Part shown: piece after piece, positions 39,156 through 47,920 of the stretch
Numbering within the stretch: position 1 is the first letter of the stretch
Layout: each line of letters starts with the position of its first letter
Origin: Candidatus Wolframiiraptor gerlachensis
GTDB lineage: Archaea; Thermoproteota; Nitrososphaeria_A; Caldarchaeales; Wolframiiraptoraceae
DNA length: 64,000 nt
Direction: 5' to 3'
NCBI GenBank assembly: GCA_021323375.2
Contig: JAJPCT020000018.1
Location: forward strand, 32,001 to 96,000
Translations under genes and position numbers: made by a program
Notes under the pieces: generated by a model
Databases searched by the model: none
Told to the model about the DNA's origin: nothing
What the model saw: the letters and a program-made list of their open reading frames with translations, nothing else

Positions 39156-40540
39156 GGATCGGCATATACTCATTCGGCGGATGCGAGGGCTGCAGATACT
39201 GGCTAATAGACTCGATGCTGAGAGTATGCGAGGAACTTGGCGCCGAGATAGTCTATGAGCCCCTCATCGGGCTTTCCAAGGAGAACCCCGAATACGATTT
39301 GGTAATCATCGAGGGGGCTGTCTGCACCGACGAGGACTCCGAGAAGCTCCAGAGACTGAGATCTCGAGCGAAGTATCTCGTCGCCCTAGGCTCCTGTGCC
39401 CTGCTCAGCGGTGTGCCAGGCCTTAAGAGGTTCACGGATCCACGCGCGGCCGAGATGGTCTACTTTGGCAAGCCGTTGCCGAAGAAGCCGGTTGACGTGA
39501 AGCCGATAACTGCCTATATTCATGTAGATTATTGGATCAGGGGATGCCCGCCGGATCGAGAGAACTTCGAGAGGCTCTTTAGGGCCATAATCTCCGGCAT
39601 CGCCTCCGGGAGGCCTTTCAAGCTCCATGAGAGGAGACTGGAATTCTGCAGGGAGGAATTCACGAGCATCGAGGGAAGCGTGCTAAGGCTCGACGGCGAC
39701 AAGTGCATGGTCTGCGGTAGATGTGTCGGCGCCTGCGAGAGGATGGGAGTCTACGCGATAGACTATGCGTACAGGAGCATAAGCACAGTCGTGACAACGC
39801 CCTTCTCAATACCCTTCGATGAGAGCACATGTGTGCTATGCGGCCAGTGTACGCTCGTCTGCCCGGTCGGCGCGATCCGCGAGAGGAGTGACCTAGAAAA
39901 GGTTCAAAGAATTCTATCAAGGCCCACGGCGCTAAGAGCTTACATAGAGCCTGAGAGCCTAGCAGCTATGTCCAGCTACTTCAACCGCGAGGTCGAGGTA
40001 ATCATTGGAGCGCTTATCGCCAGAGGCTTTGAGAGCGTTGCAATATATGTGCCCGAGTATCACGCCGATGTCGAGAGACCGCTGATCCCCGCGAGCGAGG
40101 CCGAAAGGAGATTTATCAACATATTCTATCCACAGCTAGCTGAACTATTGTCGGAGCCGCCGGCTCCGCCGGGAGGATCATCAGTCCTGATAACGCCGTG
40201 CTTAGCTAAGAAGGCGCAGGCCCGTGAGGGATTAGTATTAACAACTCGCGAGGCGATCAAGCTAATCTCCAACATCGACTTGGACGAGGTCGAGGGGACC
40301 CTCCCCATAATGCCCTCCAGAAAAAGCATCACCTTCAGGGAGGTTCATGGGCCGGATAACGTGATTAGGTTCCTAGAGGAATATACGAGGGGGGTGCGCG
40401 TCAAGGAGCCGATGATACTTAAGATGTGCCCAGGCGGATGCCTTGGAGGCGGAGGACAACCATACTATAACGAGGACCTCTATCGGAGGATGAATGAGGC
40501 GCTTGCGAGGATATCTTCCACGCTCCTAGTCATTGATTGA
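39152..40540 (+). CDS. Fusion of a [NiFe] small-subunit N-terminal domain, 2x[4Fe-4S] and a degenerate [FeFe]-hydrogenase H-domain
   Basis: GCEGC, EGAV, GSCA, GCPP; KCMVCGRC...C and CVLCGQC..VCPVGA; L2-like TPCLAKK; L3-like MCPGGCLGGGGQP; L1 region PASEAE has no Cys. Confidence 0.87.
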   Translation: MRIGIYSFGGCEGCRYWLIDSMLRVCEELGAEIVYEPLIGLSKENPEYDLVIIEGAVCTDEDSEKLQRLRSRAKYLVALGSCALLSGVPGLKRFTDPRAAEMVYFGKPLPKKPVDVKPITAYIHVDYWIRGCPPDRENFERLFRAIISGIASGRPFKLHERRLEFCREEFTSIEGSVLRLDGDKCMVCGRCVGACERMGVYAIDYAYRSISTVVTTPFSIPFDESTCVLCGQCTLVCPVGAIRERSDLEKVQRILSRPTALRAYIEPESLAAMSSYFNREVEVIIGALIARGFESVAIYVPEYHADVERPLIPASEAERRFINIFYPQLAELLSEPPAPPGGSSVLITPCLAKKAQAREGLVLTTREAIKLISNIDLDEVEGTLPIMPSRKSITFREVHGPDNVIRFLEEYTRGVRVKEPMILKMCPGGCLGGGGQPYYNEDLYRRMNEALARISSTLLVID

Positions 40541-41008
40541 ATCCAGCTCGAGCAGGCGGGATATACTCTCCAATATTTTCGGGATCGCTTTCTCCACCTC
40601 CTCACTCAATCCTATTCCCGGACTTATCTCCTTGGCTCCCACGCCGACTAAGAGGATCCTGCGGGGCATTTTATCCCTGAAGAGCTCGTATCCCAGCCTG
40701 ATAGCTGAGACCACGTCAATATCATGCAGCGATTGAATTTCACCGACATGCTCCTGAGACAGCCCACCCAGATCCACCACGACCACCTCGCCCGGAGATA
40801 ATCCGGATTTGACGACATCGACTATTATCAAGCCGTCAAATCCTGTGATCTCGTCCAGGAGCGTGAAGACGTCTAAGCCTGTTTCAAAGATCTTTACCTC
40901 GGCTGGTAGATCGCGCTTGAGAAGGATCTCGCCCACGACTAGGCCGAGAGCATCATCTTTCATGAGCCTGCTGCCAACACATAGTATCAGGATTTTTCGG
41001 GCCCTCAT
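40526..41008 (-). CDS. Hydrogenase maturation endopeptidase (HycI/HybD family)
   Basis: GS.LM.DD.LG, IIVD, SLHD, GLSEEV. Confidence 0.9.
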   Translation of the reverse strand: MRARKILILCVGSRLMKDDALGLVVGEILLKRDLPAEVKIFETGLDVFTLLDEITGFDGLIIVDVVKSGLSPGEVVVVDLGGLSQEHVGEIQSLHDIDVVSAIRLGYELFRDKMPRRILLVGVGAKEISPGIGLSEEVEKAIPKILESISRLLELDSIND

Positions 41009-41061
41009 CCCGGGGTGGCCAAGACCTATTGAGCGATATAGCTATTCTAGAATCTTGGATG

Positions 41062-42129
41062 CTAGCAGATCCTGGGAACCGGGTCTCCAAGGGGCATCGG
41101 CAGATATCTTAGCCCACCTATCTCGGTCTCAACGACGACCCCCTCAAGCTCATCGGAGAACCATCCTATTATCTCGGCCTCGCGGCCTAGTGGATGAGAG
41201 CGGAGGGCTTCCAAGACCTCCTCCGCGAACCTCTCGGAGACCGCTAGGACAACTCTTCCCTCGCATGCCAGTTCAAGCGGATCTATCCCCAGTATCTCGC
41301 AGCCGATTCTCACCTCATCGCGGACCGGTATAAGGGCTTCTTTCACGAGTATGCCGAGGCCCGTGGCCTCGCTCCACTCATTTAGAAGAGCCGCCAACCC
41401 CCCTCTAGTTGGATCCTTCGCCGCCACAACCCCTCCCACCTCGAGAGCCCTCTTCATGAGATGATTCAATGGCGCGGTATCCGATTTTAGGCCCGGCGCC
41501 TCGAAGCCAAGCTCACCCCTAGCAGCTATAATTGTCATCGCATGGTCGCCGATGGGCCCCGAGACTATCAGCCTATCTCCCGGCCTCACATTCCGGGGAT
41601 CAAGCCATCTCGATCTCAGGGATCTCCCATCAGATGCCACCCTCTCCAAGTTCTTATCCAAGTATGGGCTCCTCCCACCGATGCCAGCCGTGTTGATTAT
41701 CATCTCATCGAGCTTGCCCCTTTCCACGACCTTTGTGTCGCCTGTCACGATCTCGACGCCAGCCTCCTCAGCCGTCTCCTCCATGCTCGATAGAATCCTA
41801 TCCAGCTTCTCTATCTCGAAGCCCTCCTCGATCACTAAAGCGCATGAGATTGCTATGGGCTCGCTTCCCACCACTGAGAGATCGTTCACGGTCCCGGAGA
41901 CGCTGAGCCTCCCTATATCGCCTCCAGGGAAGAAGAGGGGCTTAACGGTATAGGAGTCTGTCGTGAACGCTATCCCATCGACAACAGCCGAGTCGGCGAG
42001 GAGGGGGAGAGGGATCTCAATAACCCTCCTCTGCTTAAACCTTGGAAGAATATGCTCCCTGATAAGCTTATGCATGTAGAGGCCGCCAGCACCATGTGCT
42101 ATGCTTATCCTATTATCCACGCCCACCAA
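41062..42129 (-). CDS. hypE: Hydrogenase maturation protein HypE
   Basis: HGAGG, TTDSY.V.PLFFPGGDIG, GDTKVV, DPTRGG, C-terminal PRIC. Confidence 0.96.
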   Translation of the reverse strand: MVGVDNRISIAHGAGGLYMHKLIREHILPRFKQRRVIEIPLPLLADSAVVDGIAFTTDSYTVKPLFFPGGDIGRLSVSGTVNDLSVVGSEPIAISCALVIEEGFEIEKLDRILSSMEETAEEAGVEIVTGDTKVVERGKLDEMIINTAGIGGRSPYLDKNLERVASDGRSLRSRWLDPRNVRPGDRLIVSGPIGDHAMTIIAARGELGFEAPGLKSDTAPLNHLMKRALEVGGVVAAKDPTRGGLAALLNEWSEATGLGILVKEALIPVRDEVRIGCEILGIDPLELACEGRVVLAVSERFAEEVLEALRSHPLGREAEIIGWFSDELEGVVVETEIGGLRYLPMPLGDPVPRIC

Positions 42130-42154
42130 AAATCACCCCACACTCACGATCTCC

Positions 42155-43330
42155 TCAGGGGCCTCGCCTCACGATTAATCCACAGACCCCGCTCATACAT
42201 CTGATATCCTTAACCAATATCCTGTTCTGAGCCCATATCCTGCATGTTCCCTCAATCCCAACCATCGCCGGGCCCACCGGAGTCGATGGGGTACACTTCT
42301 TCATGTATAGGGGGCAGTCCGGTGGATCAATAATCCCCTTTATTATCTCGGCGCATCTAGCCTCCGACGGGAAGCAGTCTCCTCCTCCATGCTCTAGGCC
42401 ATAAGTCCTTCTAGCATCAACTTGGGAGAACATTTCCTTAAAGTTCATGGCACTTTCAGGTATTATCGCGACACCTCTCCAATAGCCATCCTCGAAATCG
42501 AAGACCTCTTGGAGAGCCTTCTGCGCCTTCAGGTTCCCCTCCCACGTCACAGATCTCACATACTCGTTCTCCATCCTCGGGGCGCGATCCCTTAGCTGCT
42601 TGAGAACCATGTAGATCGCCATCAAGACGTCTATGGGCTCGAAGCCCGCGAAGACCATCGGCTTGCCACACTTATCGAAATACGGCTTATACGCCTTCAT
42701 ACCGCTCACGGTCGAGGCGTGGCCCGGATTTATGAAAGCATCTATCTCGAGATCCTCGGATTCCGCTAGAAGCCCGACAGCCGGCGGGACATACCTGTGG
42801 GCGGAGAGGACCTTAAGGTTTCTCGGAAGCCCCTTCAGGACGAAATAGGCCACGGTTGGCGCCGTGGTCTCAAAGCCTGCTCCAAGGAATACATACTCCT
42901 TATCCGGGTTACTGCTAGCGATCTTGACAGCATCCATGAAGCTATACACAACCCCAACCCTCCCACCCTCAGCAGCACAATCCTCCAGCGAGATCATCCT
43001 AGAACCCTTAGCCCTAGACACATCACCATAGGTAAGCACATGGATCCCATCAAGCGCGAGCCCGACGGCCACATCTATATCAGATGCAGGGGTTATGCAG
43101 ACTGGGCAGCCGGGTCCAGCCCTAACCTCAACATTATCCGGCAGAAGAGCCCTAATACCCCAATGAGTTATGGTCCACTCATGAGTCCCACACACATGCA
43201 TTATCCTAACCCTCGGAAGATCCCTAGCAACCTCCCAGATCTTCTCAACTAGCCTCCTAGCAAGAGCTGGATCCCTATATCTCGAAAGAATCACCCTCAC
43301 ACGATCCAAGGACCCCATACCATCTATCAC
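42155..43330 (-). CDS. hypD: Hydrogenase maturation protein HypD
   Basis: MHVCGTHE, GPGCPVC, GFETTAP, PGHAS, GFEP. Confidence 0.96.
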   Translation of the reverse strand: MIDGMGSLDRVRVILSRYRDPALARRLVEKIWEVARDLPRVRIMHVCGTHEWTITHWGIRALLPDNVEVRAGPGCPVCITPASDIDVAVGLALDGIHVLTYGDVSRAKGSRMISLEDCAAEGGRVGVVYSFMDAVKIASSNPDKEYVFLGAGFETTAPTVAYFVLKGLPRNLKVLSAHRYVPPAVGLLAESEDLEIDAFINPGHASTVSGMKAYKPYFDKCGKPMVFAGFEPIDVLMAIYMVLKQLRDRAPRMENEYVRSVTWEGNLKAQKALQEVFDFEDGYWRGVAIIPESAMNFKEMFSQVDARRTYGLEHGGGDCFPSEARCAEIIKGIIDPPDCPLYMKKCTPSTPVGPAMVGIEGTCRIWAQNRILVKDIRCMSGVCGLIVRRGP

Positions 43331-43436
43331 GCAGTCATATAAAACCCAGCGCCACGATAATAAAGATTTAACCCTGTAAAATTGGCAGCAGACTTAACTA
43401 AAATAACGAGGTTTAGCGGAATGGGGCATCGGTTTT

Positions 43437-44411
43437 TCAGTCATAAAGATGGCAGGCTACTAAGTGCCCCGGTTGATACTGCCTGAGCTCAGGAATCACC
43501 TGCTTGCATACGTCCATTACATATGGGCATCTCGGGTGAAATCTACATCCCGCCGGGGGGTTAGATAAGTCGGGTGGCTCACCTTTAATCACCTCCCTGA
43601 TCTTAAATCTGTTTGAGGGATCCGGGTCGGGAATAGCATCTATCAGTGCCTTAGTATATGGGTGTAACGGATTCTTCAACAGTGTAGAGGAGGGCCCCAA
43701 TTCTATTATCTTTCCAGCATACATCACCGCGATTCTCTCGGAGAAGTATTTTGACGTGGCGATATCATGTGTTATGTAAAGGTATGATAGATTATGCTTC
43801 CTCTGAAGTTCCCTCAACAATAAAAGTATCTCCACCCTGACAGAAGCATCTAGCATAGAGACTGGCTCGTCAGCCACTATGAAGTCCGGCCTAAGAACCA
43901 GCGCCCTAGCGATAGCCACCCTCTGCCTTTGGCCGCCGCTGAGCATGTGTGGGTATTTTCTCGCGAACTCCTCGGGAGGTATAAGCCTCACCTCCTCTAG
44001 GGCCCTCATAACAAGCTCAGCCCGCTCCTCCCTCGTCCCAATACTATGTATCTCTAGAGGCTCCTCTATCACCTTAAAAACACTGTAACTGGGGTCGATG
44101 CTCGCATATGGATCTTGGAAGATCATTGCCATGTGTCTCCTGAGCTTCTTCATCTCGTTATAATTTGTGTTTGTGATCTCTTGACCCTTGAAGAAGATCT
44201 TGCCAGCAGTCGGCTCAATTATTCTCAATAATGTCTTTCCAAGAGTTGTTTTACCGCAGCCGCTTTCACCCACCAATGCCAGTGTTTCACCGGGATAAAT
44301 CTCGAGGCTAACTCCATCAACTGCCCTAACATAACCAGCTATCCTGAACAAGCCTTTTCTAACAGGGAAATAGGTTTTAAGATCTATCGCCCTTATGACA
44401 GGATCACTCAT
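43437..44411 (-). CDS. Opp/Dpp ABC transporter ATP-binding protein (OppF/DppF)
   Basis: GESGCGKTT, LSGGQRQR, DEPVS.LD, HPYT, GCRFHPRCP. Confidence 0.93.
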   Translation of the reverse strand: MSDPVIRAIDLKTYFPVRKGLFRIAGYVRAVDGVSLEIYPGETLALVGESGCGKTTLGKTLLRIIEPTAGKIFFKGQEITNTNYNEMKKLRRHMAMIFQDPYASIDPSYSVFKVIEEPLEIHSIGTREERAELVMRALEEVRLIPPEEFARKYPHMLSGGQRQRVAIARALVLRPDFIVADEPVSMLDASVRVEILLLLRELQRKHNLSYLYITHDIATSKYFSERIAVMYAGKIIELGPSSTLLKNPLHPYTKALIDAIPDPDPSNRFKIREVIKGEPPDLSNPPAGCRFHPRCPYVMDVCKQVIPELRQYQPGHLVACHLYD

Positions 44412-45385
44412 GCACCTTCACCTCCATACAGCCAACAAACAACATAATGCCCTCCTCCGATATCGAACTCAGGAGGCTCCTCAACATCACACTTGCCTTT
44501 TATCATGTAGGGGCATCTTGGATGGAATCTACATCCTGAAGGTGGATTTCTTAAGTCGGGCGGCGCGCCCGGTATGAATGATGGTGGGATATCCTGTCTT
44601 AACCTCGGGATACTATTGAGTAGCAGTTTCATATATGGATGGGCGGGGGAAAGATAAACGTCATCAGCTGGCCCGCGTTCGACAATCTTTCCAGCATACA
44701 TAACTGCGACAGAGTCTGCCAGCTCACTGCTCAACGCGAGGTCATGTGTTATGAAAATATAGGATAAGCCTCGTTCCTGCTTCAGCTGCTTTAAGAGATT
44801 GATTATGTTGGCCTGGGTTATTATGTCGAGTGCCGACGTTGGCTCATCGAGGATAACTATCTTCGGCCTAGTCACTAGGGCCATTGCGATACAGACTCTT
44901 TGCTTCATCCCACCGCTGAGCTCGTGAGGATATCTTTCAGAAACTCCTTTAGGCAGTCCAACCTCCTCTAGAGCCTCCTCAGCTATCGCTAGCGCGTCTT
45001 TCTTATTAAGACCAAAATTATGAATTAGGGGCTCAGCCACCTGAAATCCGACCTTCAGCACCGGGTTTAGGGCGTTCATAGCTCCCTGAAATACTATAGA
45101 TATGATCCTCCACCTTACATTTCTTCTGAACTCCTCCTCAGGGAGCTTCATGACATCTAATCCATTCATGTAAATCTCGCCTTCGTATCTTGCGGTATTT
45201 GGTGGAAGCAGGCGCATCAATGCCATGGCTGTGGAGCTCTTCCCGCACCCGCTCTCCCCAACTAAAGCTATAGCACGTCTACTCTGAAGCTCAAAGAATA
45301 TTCCGTCAACTGCTCTTACAATAGATCTTCCGGACCTATAATGCAGAAAAAGCTTTTTAACACTTAATACCTGCGGCTCGCTCAT
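44408..45385 (-). CDS. Opp/Dpp ABC transporter ATP-binding protein (OppD/DppD)
   Basis: GESGCGKS, LSGGMKQR, DEPTSALD, GCRFHPRCP. Confidence 0.93.
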   Translation of the reverse strand: MSEPQVLSVKKLFLHYRSGRSIVRAVDGIFFELQSRRAIALVGESGCGKSSTAMALMRLLPPNTARYEGEIYMNGLDVMKLPEEEFRRNVRWRIISIVFQGAMNALNPVLKVGFQVAEPLIHNFGLNKKDALAIAEEALEEVGLPKGVSERYPHELSGGMKQRVCIAMALVTRPKIVILDEPTSALDIITQANIINLLKQLKQERGLSYIFITHDLALSSELADSVAVMYAGKIVERGPADDVYLSPAHPYMKLLLNSIPRLRQDIPPSFIPGAPPDLRNPPSGCRFHPRCPYMIKGKCDVEEPPEFDIGGGHYVVCWLYGGEGA

Positions 45386-45399
45386 CTCATTTCACCATA

Positions 45400-46830
45400 C
45401 TAGCCGGTTCTGAGTCTAGGATTAACAACAGGTTCCATTCCAAGTGCTATAAGTACGAATGTAAAGGCTGTTAAAACGATCATGACCCCCGGCGGGATTA
45501 TCCACCACCATAATCCCAGATATATCGCGCCATTCCTGAATCCAAGCTCCAGCATCTGCCCCCATGTTGGAAGTGATGGATCTCCAAGCCCGAGGAAGCT
45601 GAGCGCGGCTTCAAGCAGGATAAACGTCGGTACATAGAATATCATTTGAGCCACGATAAATGGCATCACTTGGGGTAGCATATGCCTGAAGATTATTCTC
45701 CAAGGTGAACTGCCGAAGGATTTTGCAGCCTCAATATATTGCGCCTCCTTTAATTGCAGCGTTATTGATCTTGTAACTATTGTCAGTCCTGGCCAACCGA
45801 ACACTATTAAGAGGAGAACGATGTTCCAAATACTCGAGCCCATCAGGAAGATGAGAAATATTGTTAGCGGGAGAAGAGGAAGATTATAAACTATGTCGGA
45901 TGTTCTCTGGGTAATCTCATCTATCTTGCCGCCGAAGTATCCGCCTATAATACCTAGGAGACATCCAATTAAAGTCACTATTACGGAGGTTATAATTCCT
46001 ATGAAGAGCGATGTCGGGAAGCCCAATAAGACGCCAATCGCAATATCTCGCCCAATTACATCGGTGCCGAGTAGCCCGTAAACGCTTCCGCCAAGAATTA
46101 GGGAGATATCGTCTACTGAGTCCCTCTCATTATATGCCGTCACAGCAACCTCGAACCTATATCTCCCCTTTAATGGGGAGGAGAAATTGCCTTCGATGGG
46201 GGATCCAAAGATAAATCGCTCTGGGTTCCTACCAATCTCGGATGGACTAAAGCTTAATCCATAGCTCTCTTTCAGGAATAATGAGACGCTTCTCCAGACA
46301 TTTACATCAGAATCTATCTTCAAGATAAATGGCTCTTCTCCATAACGCAAGTAGGGAGGCTTCTCCCCCTCTCTTGGAGATGGCACTATGAATGACGTCA
46401 GCTCAACAGCCTTTCCATCGGGTCTCAGGAGTTTAAGCGCGATAATTGGTGGAGATTTCCAGTATCTCACGTCTCTCACCAACATTGAGAAGAACTTTGG
46501 AAATTCGTCTGAGTCATAATCTAGGTCAAAGTAATAGAGTTTCTTGATTGTTCCATCCGGCACCCTAAATACTACTGGTTCACGGGCCTCCAGTATTTTG
46601 TGCTCGAAGAGCTTGGATTGTGTGAAAAAGTTCACCCATGAAGGTGGGGCAGATTTCGGGTAATTCTCCCAGGCTTTTGGATTGTTCCAGACAAGTTTCC
46701 CATAGTCCGGCGGAAATGCCACTAATGCATAGATTGAGAATGCCAGCAGGATTATCAGGAGCACTACTCCCAGCTTTGAGACCGAGCTCGAAAAGAATAC
46801 TTGGAGCATCTCTTTCCTCGATGAGATCAT
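45400..46830 (-). CDS. Opp/Dpp ABC permease (OppC/DppC) with a large extracellular insertion
   Basis: LLGTD..GRD, EAA loop YIEAAKSFG, EAALSFLGLG, WWW. Confidence 0.92.
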   Translation of the reverse strand: MISSRKEMLQVFFSSSVSKLGVVLLIILLAFSIYALVAFPPDYGKLVWNNPKAWENYPKSAPPSWVNFFTQSKLFEHKILEAREPVVFRVPDGTIKKLYYFDLDYDSDEFPKFFSMLVRDVRYWKSPPIIALKLLRPDGKAVELTSFIVPSPREGEKPPYLRYGEEPFILKIDSDVNVWRSVSLFLKESYGLSFSPSEIGRNPERFIFGSPIEGNFSSPLKGRYRFEVAVTAYNERDSVDDISLILGGSVYGLLGTDVIGRDIAIGVLLGFPTSLFIGIITSVIVTLIGCLLGIIGGYFGGKIDEITQRTSDIVYNLPLLPLTIFLIFLMGSSIWNIVLLLIVFGWPGLTIVTRSITLQLKEAQYIEAAKSFGSSPWRIIFRHMLPQVMPFIVAQMIFYVPTFILLEAALSFLGLGDPSLPTWGQMLELGFRNGAIYLGLWWWIIPPGVMIVLTAFTFVLIALGMEPVVNPRLRTG

Positions 46831-47873
46831 ATTCTCACCCTAGGATCAAGCATGACATAAAAGATCTCGAGCACAAACCTAGCTATGACATAGACAAGTG
46901 TGAAGACATAGACTAAACCTAGGATCAGGGCTTCATCACCCGAGACTATTGCTTGGTAGAAGAGCAGGCCCATACCAGGCCATCCGAAAACCGTCTCCGT
47001 CAAGATGGCGCCACCTATGGATCCGGCCAAACCCAGTATTAGCTGGGTTAAGATTGGTGGTGCTGCAACTCTCGCGATATATCTCCATCTGACTATGCGC
47101 TCTGGTAGCCCTTTAGCCCTAGCTGCTAGTACGAAATCCTCCTGAGCTATATTCATGACCACAGTTCTAGTAACGTAAATGTTGGAGCCGACTGTAGCTA
47201 GAACTAGGACTATGATCGGGAGTGTTGCATGCCAGAGGAGGTCGAGAAACCTTGCTAATACATCATCGGGCGGGGGGATGCTATACATCCCTCCCGGCGG
47301 GAAGATCCTAAGATAGAAGTAGAATATGAGTATGAAGATTATCCCAGTCCACCATGTTGGTAGAGCATATGAAATTGCGGAGAAGTATGTAAGTGCTCTA
47401 TCGAGCTTTGAGCCTATGGCTGTCGCTAATTTAACCCCCACTAAGAGACCAATTATGAAGGATAATACGGTTGCGGTTGTAACGAGGAGAATCGTGTTAG
47501 GTAGTCTCTCCATTATTAGATCCACAACCTTATTGCTACCAGAGAATGTTTGGAGTGACTTGGAGACTCCTAAGTCGAGGAATATTATCCTCCTAAACAT
47601 ATCTCCGATTCTGGTGTACCATGGTTTATCAAGCCCATAGGCCTTTATCAGCTCCTGCCGGTAGGTCTCAACGGCTTTCTCCAGGGCCTCGGGATCGGTT
47701 ATCGTTCTAGAGATTGCTTGTCTGTAGGTGCTTACCTCTTGCCTGACTATAGACATCAATATCTTGTCGGAGGTTCCAGTTGCACCTATTATTACGACAA
47801 CTAGAAAGAGTACTAAAAGGAGGACGAGTAGAAGGTTTACGGCCCGGATGGCCAGTGTCTTTGCCAGCCCCAT
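46827..47873 (-). CDS. Opp/Dpp ABC permease (OppB/DppB)
   Basis: YGLDKP, RLPNT, DFVLAARAKGL, ETVFGWPGMG, LDPRVR. Confidence 0.92.
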   Translation of the reverse strand: MGLAKTLAIRAVNLLLVLLLVLFLVVVIIGATGTSDKILMSIVRQEVSTYRQAISRTITDPEALEKAVETYRQELIKAYGLDKPWYTRIGDMFRRIIFLDLGVSKSLQTFSGSNKVVDLIMERLPNTILLVTTATVLSFIIGLLVGVKLATAIGSKLDRALTYFSAISYALPTWWTGIIFILIFYFYLRIFPPGGMYSIPPPDDVLARFLDLLWHATLPIIVLVLATVGSNIYVTRTVVMNIAQEDFVLAARAKGLPERIVRWRYIARVAAPPILTQLILGLAGSIGGAILTETVFGWPGMGLLFYQAIVSGDEALILGLVYVFTLVYVIARFVLEIFYVMLDPRVRI

Positions 47874-47882
47874 TATTTTCGT

Positions 47883-47900
47883 TAAAAAAATAAAGGGGTA
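47883..47900 (-). terminator. Candidate oligo-T terminator between the binding-protein gene and oppB
   Basis: Minus strand TACCCCTTTATTTTTTTA after the binding-protein stop. Confidence 0.4.
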
Positions 47901-47920
47901 AAGTAATAAACCTTGCAGCG

